A stretch of DNA of 64,000 bases from Amoebidium appalachense (taxonomy: Eukaryota > Protista > Ichthyosporea). The notes beneath the pieces are model-generated. The model made no database searches and was not told where the DNA came from. It saw only the letters and a program-made list of their open reading frames with translations. The DNA is taken from assembly GCA_963693365.1 (NCBI GenBank), contig CAVNZM010000015.1, positions 3,100,001-3,164,000 of the forward strand, given 5' to 3'. Positions 42,998 through 56,694 of this stretch are shown in pieces (positions within the stretch are counted from its first letter, which is position 1; the number at the start of each line of letters is the position of its first letter). Made by a program: the position numbers and the translations under genes.

Positions 42998-43794
42998 CTT
43001 GGTGTGAAATAGTAAGTTTATAAGGAAAAAGGCCAATTATGTTGGAATTGTTTGTGAGTAAATAGATCTATATGTATATGTACATACATGCAGAGTATGT
43101 TTATAACCCTGCAACCACAATACAAGGCCTTATACCAGTTGTGTGCTGCGAAAACAAAGATCTCAGTTTTTGTGTTTCTCCTGCCTCTTTCAAAGGTTTC
43201 TAGGTTGCTGGTTCAACCACTAATAAGACCTTTGGTTTTACGTTAGAGTTATACCACCAAACCAGACCACTCGTGATCCCTATTAGAACAAAAAAAGACT
43301 GTACCAGGAAAAACCAACATGAATCCTCGCCGCCTGAATGTTCTTTGTTTTTTTTTGTTTTTTTTCCCGACTCGCTGCTCTATGCGTGCTGACAGTCGCG
43401 TGTGTCAAAAGTTTGCCGCCAAATAACGGTCGCAGTTTGCGTTCTATTTTTAGGTTCAGATGTCACTCTTGGTTTAATGACGTCATGATGATACTTGGCT
43501 ATGACGCCATGGATTGCGCAAACGCAGCCCGCATCAAACTTTGTGGCTGTCGACGACGTCCGGACCGGCCGGCGAGCTCGTGACCTCTGCTCCTCTCTAC
43601 AGTAGCTTCTCTCCCTAACACGTACTGACGTGTTGCCGCACGTGCGACGTTTTAACATCTACAAAAAAAAAGAGAAAGGAGACACCGCCTCATTAGGTGG
43701 TAGCTTCTCTCCCTCTGTCCGTGGCACGCGGCATGCTTACCTAAACACACCCTTACCTAAACAACCTCGAAATAATAACACGACGCAAAAAAAA
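42998..43794. promoter_or_regulatory. Probable bidirectional promoter
   Basis: ~800 bp free of microsatellites between two divergent start codons. Contains TGACGTCA (~43478) and CACGTG (~43639) motifs. Confidence 0.4.
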
Positions 43795-44024
43795 ATGACA
43801 CTGAATCTAACCTCCGTGCGCGTTGTCTCTTCTTGTCTTTACAACACAAGCACTCCTTTGCTTGCACGTTGGGCTGGGAACACGTACAGACACGTACAAG
43901 CACGCACGTATGCCACAAATAAAGGGTTTGACCCGAAGGAGGTTTGCCGTGCCCTTCTGGACAAGCCAGTCGTAGGGGAGGGTGCTTGGATTGCCCCGGG
44001 GGCACAAGTGATGGGCAGGTACAG

Positions 44025-44058
<34 letters not shown>

Positions 44059-45266
44059 CCCCACTCATCTCTCTCTCTCTCCCCTCCCTACCCCCCCCCC
44101 CCCTCCCCCCCCCCCTCCGTCCCCCCCGTTTAATGTGATTATCCTGGAGCGTCGGACTTTTTATGGTGTACGTTTCTCTATATTTTGCATGAGTGCATAG
44201 TCATCAGCACGGGCAAGGCTGTGACAGACGCAAAAAACAGACAAGGTGCACACCACACAAATGCACTTACAAGCATGTGTGCACGTGTGCACACACAGGC
44301 ATGCACGCACACACACGCGCGTGCGCGCACGCACACACACACAAAAATGTGTATGCGCTGGAGCCTTTGAAGATGCACACGATTCTGCTGACATGTAAGC
44401 AAAACGCATTACAGTGGGTGGTGCAGGGGAATAGAGCGTCGAGAAGATTGACCCACACCCACATAGAGAGGAGAGATGTGGTGGTGCAGTAGACACAAGG
44501 AAGGAGGGGGGCGGAGGAGGGGAGGGGAGGGGGGGGGGGGGGGGGGAAGGGACGGGGAGGAGGAGGCAGCTCGCATGGAGATATTCAAAAAGAAGTAGCC
44601 TCGGTTCTAGGGAACGAACTTTCGCCGCGGCATTGAATTTGAAGAAACTTGCCACATCCTCCTCGCTTCATAGGTTTCCCCCTTCCCACCTCCCCCCCTC
44701 CCCCCCCCCCCCCCCCCCCTTCTTTTTTTCCAGAAACCCAGTGTCACTTACAAAGTACAAACAAAAGGCAGCAACGAGGTCGGAGCCATTTCTCACCCTT
44801 GCACACACGCACACATGCACACAGGGTCACATTTGGAGATGATGCATCGGTCTTCTACAACTGCACATTGCGTGCCGACATAAACCACATCACCATCGGA
44901 GCCAGGAGTAACATTCAAGACAACACGGTCATTCACGTTAACAGCAACAGAGGAACGCAAGTAGGAAATGGCGTGACCGTGGGACACAGCGCGCTCCTGC
45001 ACGCATGCACAGTAGGAGACAATGTTCTAATCGGCATGGCAGCAGTGGTGATGGATGGCGCGGAAATTGGGAGAGATAGTATAGTTGCCGCCCGTGCATT
45101 GGTACCGAAAGACAAGGTTTTTCCAGAAAGGAGCGTGATTGTTGGGTCCCCTGCAAAGGTGGTGAGGAAGGTGACGGATGAGGAGGTGGTGTGGTTGCAG
45201 GCGCAGGCGAACAAGTATGTGGCGGTGAAGGATGCTCACGTGGATTTCCATAAAAGGAAAGAGTGA
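43795..45266 (+). CDS. Gamma-class carbonic anhydrase family protein (YrdA/CaiE/PaaY-like left-handed beta-helix) with N-terminal presequence; 2 exons
   Basis: Exons 43795-44018 and 44825-45266 (GT-AG, phase 2). Motifs AWIAPGAQVMGRVTFGDDASVFYNCTLRAD, IGARSNIQDNTVIH, VTVGHSALLHAC, LIGMAAVVMDGAEIG and GSPAKVVR. The three Zn-ligand His positions are present. Confidence 0.92.
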
Positions 45267-45670
45267 GTGAGAGGGTGGGTGCGTGTGTGGTGGTGGTGGT
45301 GGTGCTTGTAAGGAATTTGTGTGCTGGGTGTTTGTCCATTGTGCTATACAGTAGTGCACACACACATACGAAAAAAACTGTTGTGCTTTTACATAAATGA
45401 ATGCTATTTCGTAGTGACGCTGTGTGGCTCTGTACCTTGTACATGTCGTGTGGAAGTAACGCTGGCCTGGTGCCAGCGCCGAAGACCACAGCATTGCCGG
45501 TATGTGAGCATGTGTTGATAAATAAACAGCACATCTGTTTATCGGGCCCTTCCAATCCAGTCATTCGAATGCCGTAGTACCATTGGGCGTCTGTTTTTGG
45601 GTGTGTGTGTATTTTTCTTCTCTTTTCTTTCCTTTTTTTTTTTTAAGTGATTATTACCCGCTTTGGTTTT

Positions 45671-45757
<87 letters not shown>

Positions 45758-46247
45758 TGGTGGTGGTGGTGGTGGGGAGGGGGGGGGGGGGGGGGGGGGG
45801 GGAGCAACAGCCAGAGAGAGAACAAGTTCCACACACACGCACGGACACCTGTAATCCAGGTTCAGCGGTTCGTCCACTGACGGTTAAATATTGTGTGCAC
45901 ACTACTAAGGAATTATTGCATGTTTGGTACCTAGTGTGTGTGGTTGTAGAGGCAAGCCCGGTTGGCACCTCAGACCGGCGAGTGGGTGGGCTGCGGTGGG
46001 GGAGGGGAGGGGGGGGGGGGGGGGGGGGGGGGGAAGGTGGGTAGGGGGGGGAGGGGGGGGGGGGGAGGGGGAGTACTATGATGTGTGTGTGCATACTTGC
46101 ATATGTGTGTGTGTGCGCACGACGTGCGTGCGTATGTGTGTGTGCGTGCGTGCGTGCGTGCGTGCGTGCGCGCGTGCGTGTGTGCGTACGTGCGTGTGTG
46201 CGTGCGTGTGGCGTGCGTGTGTGCGTGTGTTTGCGTTTGCGTGTGTT

Positions 46248-46298
<51 letters not shown>

Positions 46299-46826
46299 TT
46301 GCATTTGGTGCGCCAAGGGGGTAGAGGGGTGTTGATTGTTGCCGGTGCAGATACATCAGTTTCTTGGTTTTAAAGCCTAAATTCTATTATGATTTGCATT
46401 TCAACTATGCACATCGAACCTGGCACATTAATTAATCTGTTCAGATCCCGATCATAAGGCTAACCGCGTACTAATTGTCAGTTGAATCTTGTATACACAC
46501 CAATCAAATGTGACCTGGATCTATCGCTTAGATTCGCTACATGTCATGCGAACTTCGAGGCATGTCTTGATGACATCATTTCCGTTGTAGAAAGTAGTGC
46601 TGTTGTACACAGTCAGACAGACAGACAGCTGCAGACTCTCAGAGTTGCGGTTTGTAGCTGTAAGGTCGACGCTTCTACTGTAGCCTGCCGCGTGACCACG
46701 TTTCGCAGTCCTGCCTGTAAACTGCAATTATAAGCTGCTGTCCTGCAAAAGCACTCGTGTATTTCGCGCTTTTGTCGACTGAAAAAGCGGCGGTACTATT
46801 AGCCTTAGAGTCGGGCACCCCCTAAC

Positions 46827-47675
46827 ATGGTGCAACGGTTATGCAGGAGGGCTTTATCGGTTGTTTGCACGGCGTACCTTATTTTTGCCTATGCCCTGGC
46901 ATATACATCGTACACCCAGTTTGAGGAGGTCCGTTACTGCTTTGGCTTGGAGCCACTGTCGGAAGAGAGTAGGAAGAGGTCCGCAAAACTCTATTCGACA
47001 CCGACAGTGGCATGATGCTCCTGCTTTGGGACGTCCTTGGGCCGATGTTCGCAGGTTTCGCTAAGAAGCTGGATGACACGTATGTAGTCCCCCTTTTTTT
47101 TTTAAACGTATTCATTTTTTCGATTTCTTGTTTCTTGTGTTTGGACTCGAAAAACTAAAGATTGTGTGTGAGTGTGTGTGTGTATGTGTGTGTGTGTGTG
47201 TTTGAGTGTGTGTGTGTGTGTGTGTGGTGTCTTCGTGTGTGTTTGTGTGGGTGGAAAAAGTCCACGTATGATCTTAATGAGGGGTTTTCAACTGCATGCC
47301 CACAACGACAACACAAACCCGCGTCCCCATTGATTGCGAGTTTTCTTTATTGGTATACTCCCCCCCCCCCCCCCCCCCCCCTCACTCCCTCCCCTGTCAA
47401 CTGTACCTCGTGACCAATGTTATTTGCTTCACTCTTATTTCAAATATGCGTACTTGCACACAATCCTCAAGCCTTTTTCCCACCTTTATTCTGTTCCCTC
47501 CGGACTTCGTGCCACCTTACGTGCCCCATATTTAAAAACTGAGGAATCTCAAGCACTTTCCCTCTCGGTATGATGATCCCTGTTTTTCCAGCAATCTATT
47601 CTTGAGGATTGCTTAGAAATACCTCACTTGTTGTAGGCGTGCTTCTAGGAGCAACAAGCAGATGATGGATTGGGG
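46827..47675 (+). CDS. Possible 5' part of a gene with an N-terminal hydrophobic segment
   Basis: MVQRLCRRALSVVCTAYLIFAYALAYTSYTQFEE, then a 44-nt GT-AG intron or frameshift, then EEVRKTLFDTDSGMMLLLWDVLGPMFAGFAKKLDDT/gtatgt. A further candidate exon at ~47637-47673. The 3' end was not found. Confidence 0.35.
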
Positions 47676-47733
47676 TGAGTAGGGTTTGTGGTTTTCATAG
47701 CCCTCGTGCTGCGTAGCTGTATCCTTATCTGCC

Positions 47734-47764
<31 letters not shown>

Positions 47765-47826
47765 AAAAAAAAAAACATCCTCCCTCTCTCCCCCGCCCTT
47801 CCTCTTCACACACACGTGCACACACA

Positions 47827-47884
<58 letters not shown>

Positions 47885-48472
47885 CATCTCTCCCTTCCCC
47901 TCCCATCTATTTCCTCCTTCCCCTTCACTTCACCCTCTCCCCCCCCCCCCCCCCCCCACACACACACCCCAAACCCCCCCCCCCCCTCTCCTCCCCTCCC
48001 CCCCGGTTCTCTCAAACCCCCCTTCTCTCCCCCTTCCTCTCCCCCAATACCCCACTCGCTCTTCCCCCCCCCCCCCCCCCCTCGTTTTCCCCTTCTCTAT
48101 GCTTCAACCCCCATCCCACCCACCCATCCACCCACCCACTCACACACACACACACACTTGAGCCCCATATGCTTTTCTTTTGATGCATACTGTACTGTGT
48201 GTGCTTTGCCTTGCATTGTGTTTTTTGTCATGAATGTGTACTTCACACTCTGTTACACATCCTACACCCCTCTTCCCCTGTGGGTTTATTTCCTGCATTC
48301 TAGTACATTTTCATCACTCACTGACCCCATGCCTTTGTAATTTCGGCCTCTTTCTTCTTCCATTAAACTTTCCTGTTCTATTTTCACCATCACACTTCAC
48401 GAATCCTCCCTCGTTCACCTCCTCTATCTCGACCTTTATTGTCGGTCCCTCCACCCCCCCCCCCCCCCCCCT

Positions 48473-48521
<49 letters not shown>

Positions 48522-48562
48522 CCCCCCCCCCCCCCCCTCTCGCCCCTTCTCCTTCTCCCTCT

Positions 48563-48628
<66 letters not shown>

Positions 48629-48676
48629 CGCCCCCTCTCTCTCTCGTCCCCCCCCCCCCTCTCTCTCCCCCTCCCC

Positions 48677-48707
<31 letters not shown>

Positions 48708-48992
48708 ACACACACACACAAATCCTTTTCGCCTTCCCCTCTTCCCCAATTTGAGCTTTTATATCCCACATGCCCCTTTTTTCTCTTTGCCCTTACGCTC
48801 ACGGAAGGCTGTTTTCTTTTTTTTGCTTTTGTAATCAATGCACTCTGGCAATCCCCCTTTTGAGACTGTGAATGATTTTCCTCCATTAGCCCCGATCGGT
48901 AATATTCCTTCAGGGTAGGCACGTGACCTCCACCTTACCCTCCCCCTCCACTCCCCTTCTCCCTCCCCCTCCCCCCTCCCCCCTCCCCCCGC

Positions 48993-49114
<122 letters not shown>

Positions 49115-49299
49115 GGTGTGTGCATACGCACGTCCACTCAGTCTGAGGCGTGTGCACATGTGTTTGTGGTTGTTCTGCACGTGAAATCCCATCGCCCCCA
49201 TTTTTGTTACCTGTTGCCTTCCATGCTGCTCTCTCGCGCACCATCCCAATCTCCCTCCCCCCCCCCCCCCCCCTGCCCACACAATGAAACACGAAACAC

Positions 49300-50075
49300 G
49301 TTCCTTCTTCTTGCATACTCCTGCAACCACAAATCCCGGGCCTTCCCACTGTGACGTGTGCTCGCATCAGTAACCCTGCTCGTTCCTGACCAAGACGGGT
49401 GCTAGTCCTCCCCTCGTCTACCTGCTTGCACGGCTGGAAAGTGTCCATTATACCATCCTCTTCCCCCCCACCCCCCGTTTTTTTTTTCTTTTTGGTTCTG
49501 GCTTTGCTATTCCTGAGCCGTTTTGTGTATTGTCTGTTGGTGTCTACACTTTCATGGTTCGCTCGACCCTTTAATGTTATTGTAACATCCTTCTGTTCGA
49601 AAGCGGCGCTGCCCACCTTGACACGCAACAACTTTGCAAAGAGAGCTACTCATGCTGCCACTGCGGGTGTGTGTTTATCAACATCACCCCCCGATACAGC
49701 CGTACCGGGTGCAGGAATCCTAGGCTTATGTAGATTCCCTTTTCTCCTCGTACATAATTTTAGACTTGACTCTTTGGAGGAAAAAAAAACAAGAACCCCC
49801 TCCCCCCCCTCCCCCCCCCCCCCCCTCTCCACATACACGCACCCCCTCTCTTCCTCCCCCCTCCCCCCCCTCCCCCCGTCGTATATACGCGGGCTAAGGG
49901 GTCGAAACTCAGACGCAATTGATGACTTGGGTCCTCGCTGAGGATGGGCTCTGCTTATGACGCATACGGTGCACATGGCTGATGTTGCATACTTGAATGT
50001 TTGCCTTTGCATGTGTCCTGCACCATGCTTCTCGTCGTGCATGCGTACTTCGTACCGTGTTCCGCATTCAAACCC
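49300..50075 (-). mobile_element. Decayed repeat with a possible tyrosine recombinase/TopIB-like catalytic remnant
   Basis: One frame with a single TGA at 49650-49652 reads AKLLRVKVGSAAFEQKDVTITLKGRANHESVDTNRQY. Flanks are homologous to the ~4.7 kb copy. Confidence 0.4.
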
Positions 50076-51008
50076 CCCCCCCCCCCCCCCCCCCCCCACA
50101 CACACACACCACACCCCCCCCCCCCCACCCATCTCTTCCTTTTCTCCCTCAACATGCAAGCACGCTTGTATGCAAATTACCCGTTCCCCCACAATAATTT
50201 TGGTAGGTTTTTATTTCTGGTTGTCTAATTTTTTGCGTTGTTGCTGTGGTTTGTCTTTCGTTGTCTCTTCCTCCATAAATACAACCAACTAACGCATATA
50301 CCCCCCTCCCCCTCCACACACACACACATACTTCTTCGCGGGGCAGAAAAAATTACAGAGACAACACCCTTCTGCTCGAGGCTCGTACCCTGGCCACTGA
50401 CACCCGGCCCCCCATGTCCCCCTCCCCCTCCCTCCCCTCCCCTTCCCTCTCCCCTGGACCACAACCACCACCACCATACTACCATCTCCCCTTTTAGCCT
50501 TTTACACCGTACTCGCTCTGCTTCCCCTGTGCACGTGTTAGCATACAGGTATCCTCCCCGTCTGGATCCGTCCCCCGAGGGTCCCTCTCCCCGTCCCTTA
50601 GAATTGCTTCTTTTCTGGTTTAATAACGGTCACCAAATCATAAAAGGTCTGCTACGAGGGTGGCACGAATCAGTCGCCGTGGGTAGGAGCTTTTGTGAGG
50701 CATCCGGTGGTTATGATGGTGATTCGGGCGTGTGATCACACATCATTATATGAATACATACATGAACCAACCTCGTGTTTACGCACAGGGGCAAAACTGT
50801 ATCGATGTTAACATAAAACTTTCAACAAGCCTCAATGCTCACAATAGCATAGCGGTATTAAAGATTTGCTGGCCCGGGGTGGGGCCTTTATTAGCGTATT
50901 AGCGGTATTACAGGTCGTTTGTGTGGGGCGTACTGTGTGTGTATACATGTGACGGTTGTGTGTGTGTGCATGCACGTCTGATGTGTGTGTGCCGGTGTGT
51001 GTCTCGGT

Positions 51009-51050
<42 letters not shown>

Positions 51051-51882
51051 CTTGTGTGTGTGTGTGCACATGTCCACGTGTGTATATCTTTGTGAGGGGA
51101 AGGGGGGGGAGGGGGAGGAGGAGGAGGGGGGTGGGGGGGGGGGGGAGGGAGAGAGGGTTTGATTATGTCGAGAGAGAGCTGTAAAGAGACTGTGTGAGAA
51201 TGCGAGCAACAGCGCTATATAGTCGGAGGCGCCGGGCAGAGCTATAGTATACTACGTAGTCACGACTTCGCAGACTCGGCCCGATGATTACGCACGTGAC
51301 ACATAATCCGACAGGAAGATGTTAGATGAACAGAGATCAGAAGGGACCCGGGCTGAAAAAAGGAGGCTCTTATTGGATGTGGTTTTGTTCTTTAAAAAAA
51401 ATAGGGGTGCGTAAACCAGAGGCAGTTGTACAATTAGTCCAGCTAAAAGGCACCGACAGCACACAGGAACATGCCTACACGTGTCGTGACATGTGGCACT
51501 GAAGCCTCGGCAAGTAGGAATACGGTGATCGTTTCAGAGTAATAGAGTTCAGAGCAATGAAAATAATGAAAATAACTAAACTTTGTGACTACTTTAAAGT
51601 GATCATGCGTGGTGCAAGCTACACTTAGTCTATGAACACATGTACAGTGCTAGTAATTAATACATTTTTGTTGCCTTCTGCAGGGTTACCGTAGCTACGT
51701 CACGGCCTGCACTCAGGGGGGGGGGGGGGGGGGGGGGGATGATTCGAAGGGGTAATAAATAAGAACATGCACCTAAAGGTCTTTCCCGTGGATCCTCCCC
51801 CCCCCCCCCCCCCCCCCGTCCCACCTCTCCCTCCCCCGGGGCCCCATACTATGATATCTAGGCCCATGATTATATGCCCCCT

Positions 51883-51916
<34 letters not shown>

Positions 51917-51984
51917 TCCGGATCCCCGGACCCCACTTCCCTACCCGGAGGCTCGAGAGCTCCCCCCCCCCCCTTCCCCCCCTC

Positions 51985-52025
<41 letters not shown>

Positions 52026-52353
52026 GGCTTACGGGGGCCCTTCTTCATTCAGGGGGTGGGGTGGGGATGGGGGAGGTGGGGGTGGGGGTGGGGGGAGGGG
52101 AAGTGGAAGGCGGGCGTGGATGCATGTCAGCCTAGGTGAATTCAATTGTTTAACTCCAGTGTACAGGACTGGTCTGAAGGCTTAAGAAAACAACGAGGAA
52201 ATGGGGTCCAGTGGAGGTGGTGGTGGTGTTCTGTGTGTGTGTGTACACGTGCACGTATGTGTGTGGTTTTTTTGGGGGGTGAGTGGTGGTGGTGGTGGTG
52301 GTGGTGGTGGTCACGTGCACCGTGATGGTGGTGTGTGTGTCTGGTGTGTGTGT

Positions 52354-52384
<31 letters not shown>

Positions 52385-55283
52385 GGGGGGGGGGGATAGA
52401 AAGAAAAACTGCTCGTGGGTCACTGTTTTTCGTCACTGTATTTGTAACGGGCCGCTCATATTTATATAACTGATTTAAGTACACGTGTTCATTATCATGT
52501 ACGATGGCCAAATATAGAAATTTTGGCGTCGAAGTTCTTGGAGCTAAAAAAACGTCTAAAAGGGGGAAATAATAGCTTGGCCCCAAATTTACCTTCAAGT
52601 TGCCATTTTTAGCGAATGTATTTTTTATTCATGAGTTCTAGTAATTCAGTGAGTGCACGTGCCTGCGCATGCCTCAGGCTGATCATGACAACTGCAACAC
52701 ACCATTCCTACATGGATATCAACCAAAAGAAAACAGTATCTACTGTGATGGTCTCCTAAACCTTGTGCGGCATGCGCATACATGGTATCACAGTTACGCA
52801 TGTGCATATTATTGTTCTGTACACCGGAGTGTGGTGCACGTGGCTGTTTTGTGCACATGTTACAATAGCAGCACGATCTCCCTGAACTCCATGTTTACAC
52901 ATCCCTCACCCTGGCTCTGCCTTGTCGGTGCTCCAAAACACACACACAAATCCCCCTAGACTCAGTGCCTGCACATGGTCGCATTCAAGTGCAGGTCACG
53001 TGACACATGCAATGCCATACTGCCGTCTAGAGCAACAACCACGGCAGCATGTATACCGGCCTAGCACGAAATATACTTATCGGCAGCCCACTGAACTCGC
53101 CCATTTCTCTTTTTCATGTATGACCCTGCTTTTTTGTGAAATCACCCTTTTTGGCCTCCCGGTAGTGGATTTTGCAGGATTTGACTTCTTTGAGGTCCAA
53201 AAACTCAGTCGGCATGTGTTATGTTCCTTAGGCAACACCGTACTGATCATTATCGCTTTTTGGGAGCTTTGGCATGATACATTTCTCCTGCTGTACGTAT
53301 GGATACCACCCTAGTAGATAAGTCTGTATGGTGCTCTGATGTTGATATTGCCTGGGAAGTTGTGCAGTGGCGCTGTAATTCTTGTTTTCATCGCCGCTGG
53401 TGCCACTTTTGTGCTGACCTTTTTAATCGCAAGCATTTTGATAGGTGTGAATTTTTATGTCGCGTTTTACCTCTTTCCCTCCGGGTATCTGCTACATGTT
53501 AGCTGGCAATGTGAAGAACACTTTAGACTTTTTGTTGAATTCTGTTGGTCGTCACATTGAGTATTTATATGATTTTCACACAGTGTTCAGGTATCTCAGT
53601 ATGCACTTGTTACTGGATAACTCGTGAAGTTTTTATTGTCTTCTCAGTGTGCCGTGCATACTTGCATATCTTTCCGTCGAATAAATCCAGTCAAATTTAA
53701 AAGAAAAAAAACCTCAAATTTTCCCCAGCAGGGCCGGGGAGGGAGAATTCAAAAATTGCCCGCTCCTGATATGGTACCTGGGCCCGCTGTGGCCGGCCAC
53801 AGCGGCTCGCGGCACGCGGTACACGATAGGTGGATCTGACTTGCGCAAACATGACATCAGGGTCCCTCTTGCCCACGGCGTTAGCCCTAGAATTGTAGAC
53901 CGATCTTTAACCAGTTCGGATCCGTAATTTTCACGAGATGGACAACTAGTCGACTGACATCGACATGAGTCAGTTTGTGCTCTAATGTGAACATGAAGTT
54001 GACAGGAACTAGCCAAATAAAAGTTGCACGAGATTAGAATATACACTTATACTTCGTCTTATTCAAAATAAAATTGAAATTCACTCTAATAACGACACCT
54101 TGTATATCGTGTAACTAGAAAGGGTGCTCGCCGGCTTAAAGATCAGTCGACCTGTATAATGCTACCTCGCCGGGCCGCAGAGACCCTGATGTCATGCTTG
54201 CGCAAGTCGATTCTGCCAATCGCGCAGTGCGGGCAGTGAGCAGTTGTTGCCGCAGGTTTGGCGCCGCTACAGCTTTGCACTCCAACACTATTGCAACGTT
54301 TTGTTTTTTAGCACGGACTCCGTTGCTAACATAGAGGTGACACGTGTGTCTTTTCCCTATCTTACACTTGAGGCGAAACGTTGCAGGGCTCATTATTTTC
54401 AGCTTATAGTGTTAGGGTGGTAGAAATTTTGCGAGTTGGTGGCTGGGAGCCATCCAGAGTCACCCAAACTTTGGAAGGTGACCTGGAGCATACGGAGTAG
54501 AGCAGACGAGTAGAGCCCTGAGTTGTGTCCTTACCAAGAGCACACGGCTTACTGTGGCAAAGGCTTTGCCACAGTGCACCTCCCCACCACCTCCCACGGT
54601 GCTTCTTACACACTTGCATGTGCACCAGTCGTTACACAACACAGCCCACTGAGACGTCAGGCCCTGAGCAGATGGGCAACCAGCCATGATGACCCCCTCT
54701 TCCCCCCCTCCTAGGCCTTCCCCCCCCCCCCCCCCCCCCCCCCCCCATATATTTGAGGCATACTCTATTTGTGTGATGAGTTGCAATTGTCCGTCGTAAA
54801 TGTGTACTTCCTACCGTAGGCTGTTACTCTACACCACCGCCTCTCTCCCAACCTACACGCGTGCACACACAAACAACCACACTCACCCAACATGGTATTT
54901 TCCACACATATTCGCAGTTAGCACACGTTACCGCTTACTCTTACTTCTTGGTCATGCCTGTGAATTTCGGTTTTTGGACACAGACGGCATTATGACGTAC
55001 AAAGAAAACAGTAGCTACATGAAGCTGTCCTTTTCGTAGTTCAAATCAGTACTTATGCATTCCTTGATGTGATTGTATGAACATAATTATACATGCATGC
55101 ACTGCGGTTGGAATGATTCACTAAATAACCACATGCGTCCACGCATTCACAGGTACGTACACACCTGTGGTACACAGACACTTGCACAAACGTGCAAAAG
55201 CGTGCCCGTCGCGCGCACACACACGGACATTTGTGGGCACACATGTGCATGCACACATCTGCACACAAACACACACGAACACA

Positions 55284-55327
<44 letters not shown>

Positions 55328-55889
55328 TACACACACACACACACAAACACAAACACACGTACACAGCTGAACGTGTCTGTGTGTGTGCTGTGTATGTGTT
55401 GACGTCACACAGTGAATACGCGCGTGAATACACGTGTATGTGTGAGAGGGTACCGACGTCGAGCTTTTGAGTGGATGTGTGGACGCGAAGGGGCAGAATC
55501 CCGAGAAATAGCCTGGTTAGAGGGTGAATGTGTTTGTGTGCGTGTGTGTGGGTGTGTTTTATCTCTGAAGCCGCCTTGCACAAACAGCGTTAGCCTCACG
55601 CTCCTGGGCTGATCGGCCGGTCGCGCTCTCCACTCTTGAATAGCATCACCTGTTCCCTTGTTTCTATTGTTTGCTTTAAAAGATAACCTCGAAGTGTGAA
55701 TGCGCAAGACCGCTGTGTTTCGGGAGCAAAAAAAAAAAAAAAAGAAAAAAAAACCTTTAACAACGGCAGGCCGTTCGCCGGCTTTGCGTTGCGCAAAAGT
55801 TGGCGCATGTCGCATCGTGACACGTAGCGAAGCAGCGGAATATTTGATCGCATTTGATTGGTGTATGCATTTCATATGTGTCAATTAGC

Positions 55890-56184
55890 ACGATTACAAT
55901 GTGGACCATTCTGAAAAGTCTGAAAAGTGGCTTCGAATGGACATTCGATGGCAACTCCAAGATTTTCTCAAAATCTCGAAAGTCACTTCAGAAATAGATA
56001 TAAAAGTATACGAAACAATGATATTTTCCATAAATCATCTTAGTCACGTATGTAGGTAAGACATGTATCTGTCGGCATTTGCAATTTATTTGAGCTTTTT
56101 CTATCGATTTTGAGCCGCAATAGAGTTGTTTAGGCCTTGGACGGGACCCGTCCAAATCAATTACTCCGGGCCTCAAGAGGTTAA
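55890..56184. mobile_element. Possible single terminus of a TTAA-type (piggyBac-like) element
   Basis: AT-rich subterminal-like sequence, a 19-bp palindrome TTGGACGGGACCCGTCCAA (56137-56155), and an end reading ...GGGCCTCAAGAGG/TTAA. No partner end was found. Confidence 0.3.
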
Positions 56185-56694
56185 TATCGTGGTGAGTGAG
56201 TGAGTTTCAATACTGTTTGATAGCTGCAGCCTGCTTAGTATGTCTCTTGATTAGTATTTATTGATTATAATTACACGGTCTTTTTCACCATGTTTAAAGG
56301 CACAAAAGGCACATTTCCAATACCATTGCTTCAATGTGTGATTGAAAGTACGCCATATGCTTTATCTATTTCGGGAAAACTTCTATGATGGCAATATTTA
56401 AAGGGGCATCATTCGCACGTGTGGTGTCCAAGGGACTTATTGTACTTTCTTACGAGCATGTCACATTCATTAATTTCTAATCAAACATGTTGTAACGACA
56501 TATACCGATAATATATTTCCTTGCACGTACCGTGAAGGAAACTCTATTCACAATTGTGTCATGTCTTTTTTTAACAAAAAAAAACACATATGCGATAACT
56601 TAAGGGGATCCCCTTAAATCCGAAACCGTTATATTCTTTAGACTATGTAATAATCACCATGTAAGCTGCCCAGTACTCGTAGTACCGCATGCGC

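Noticed and set aside
47010-47030. TGA followed by CSC as a selenocysteine codon
   Set aside because: An alternative frame reached through a short GT-AG intron looks more protein-like, and no SECIS was identified.
53100-53560. Lys-rich minus-strand coding-like stretch
   Set aside because: It has multiple stops and no recognisable motif. It may be a relic, but this cannot be supported.
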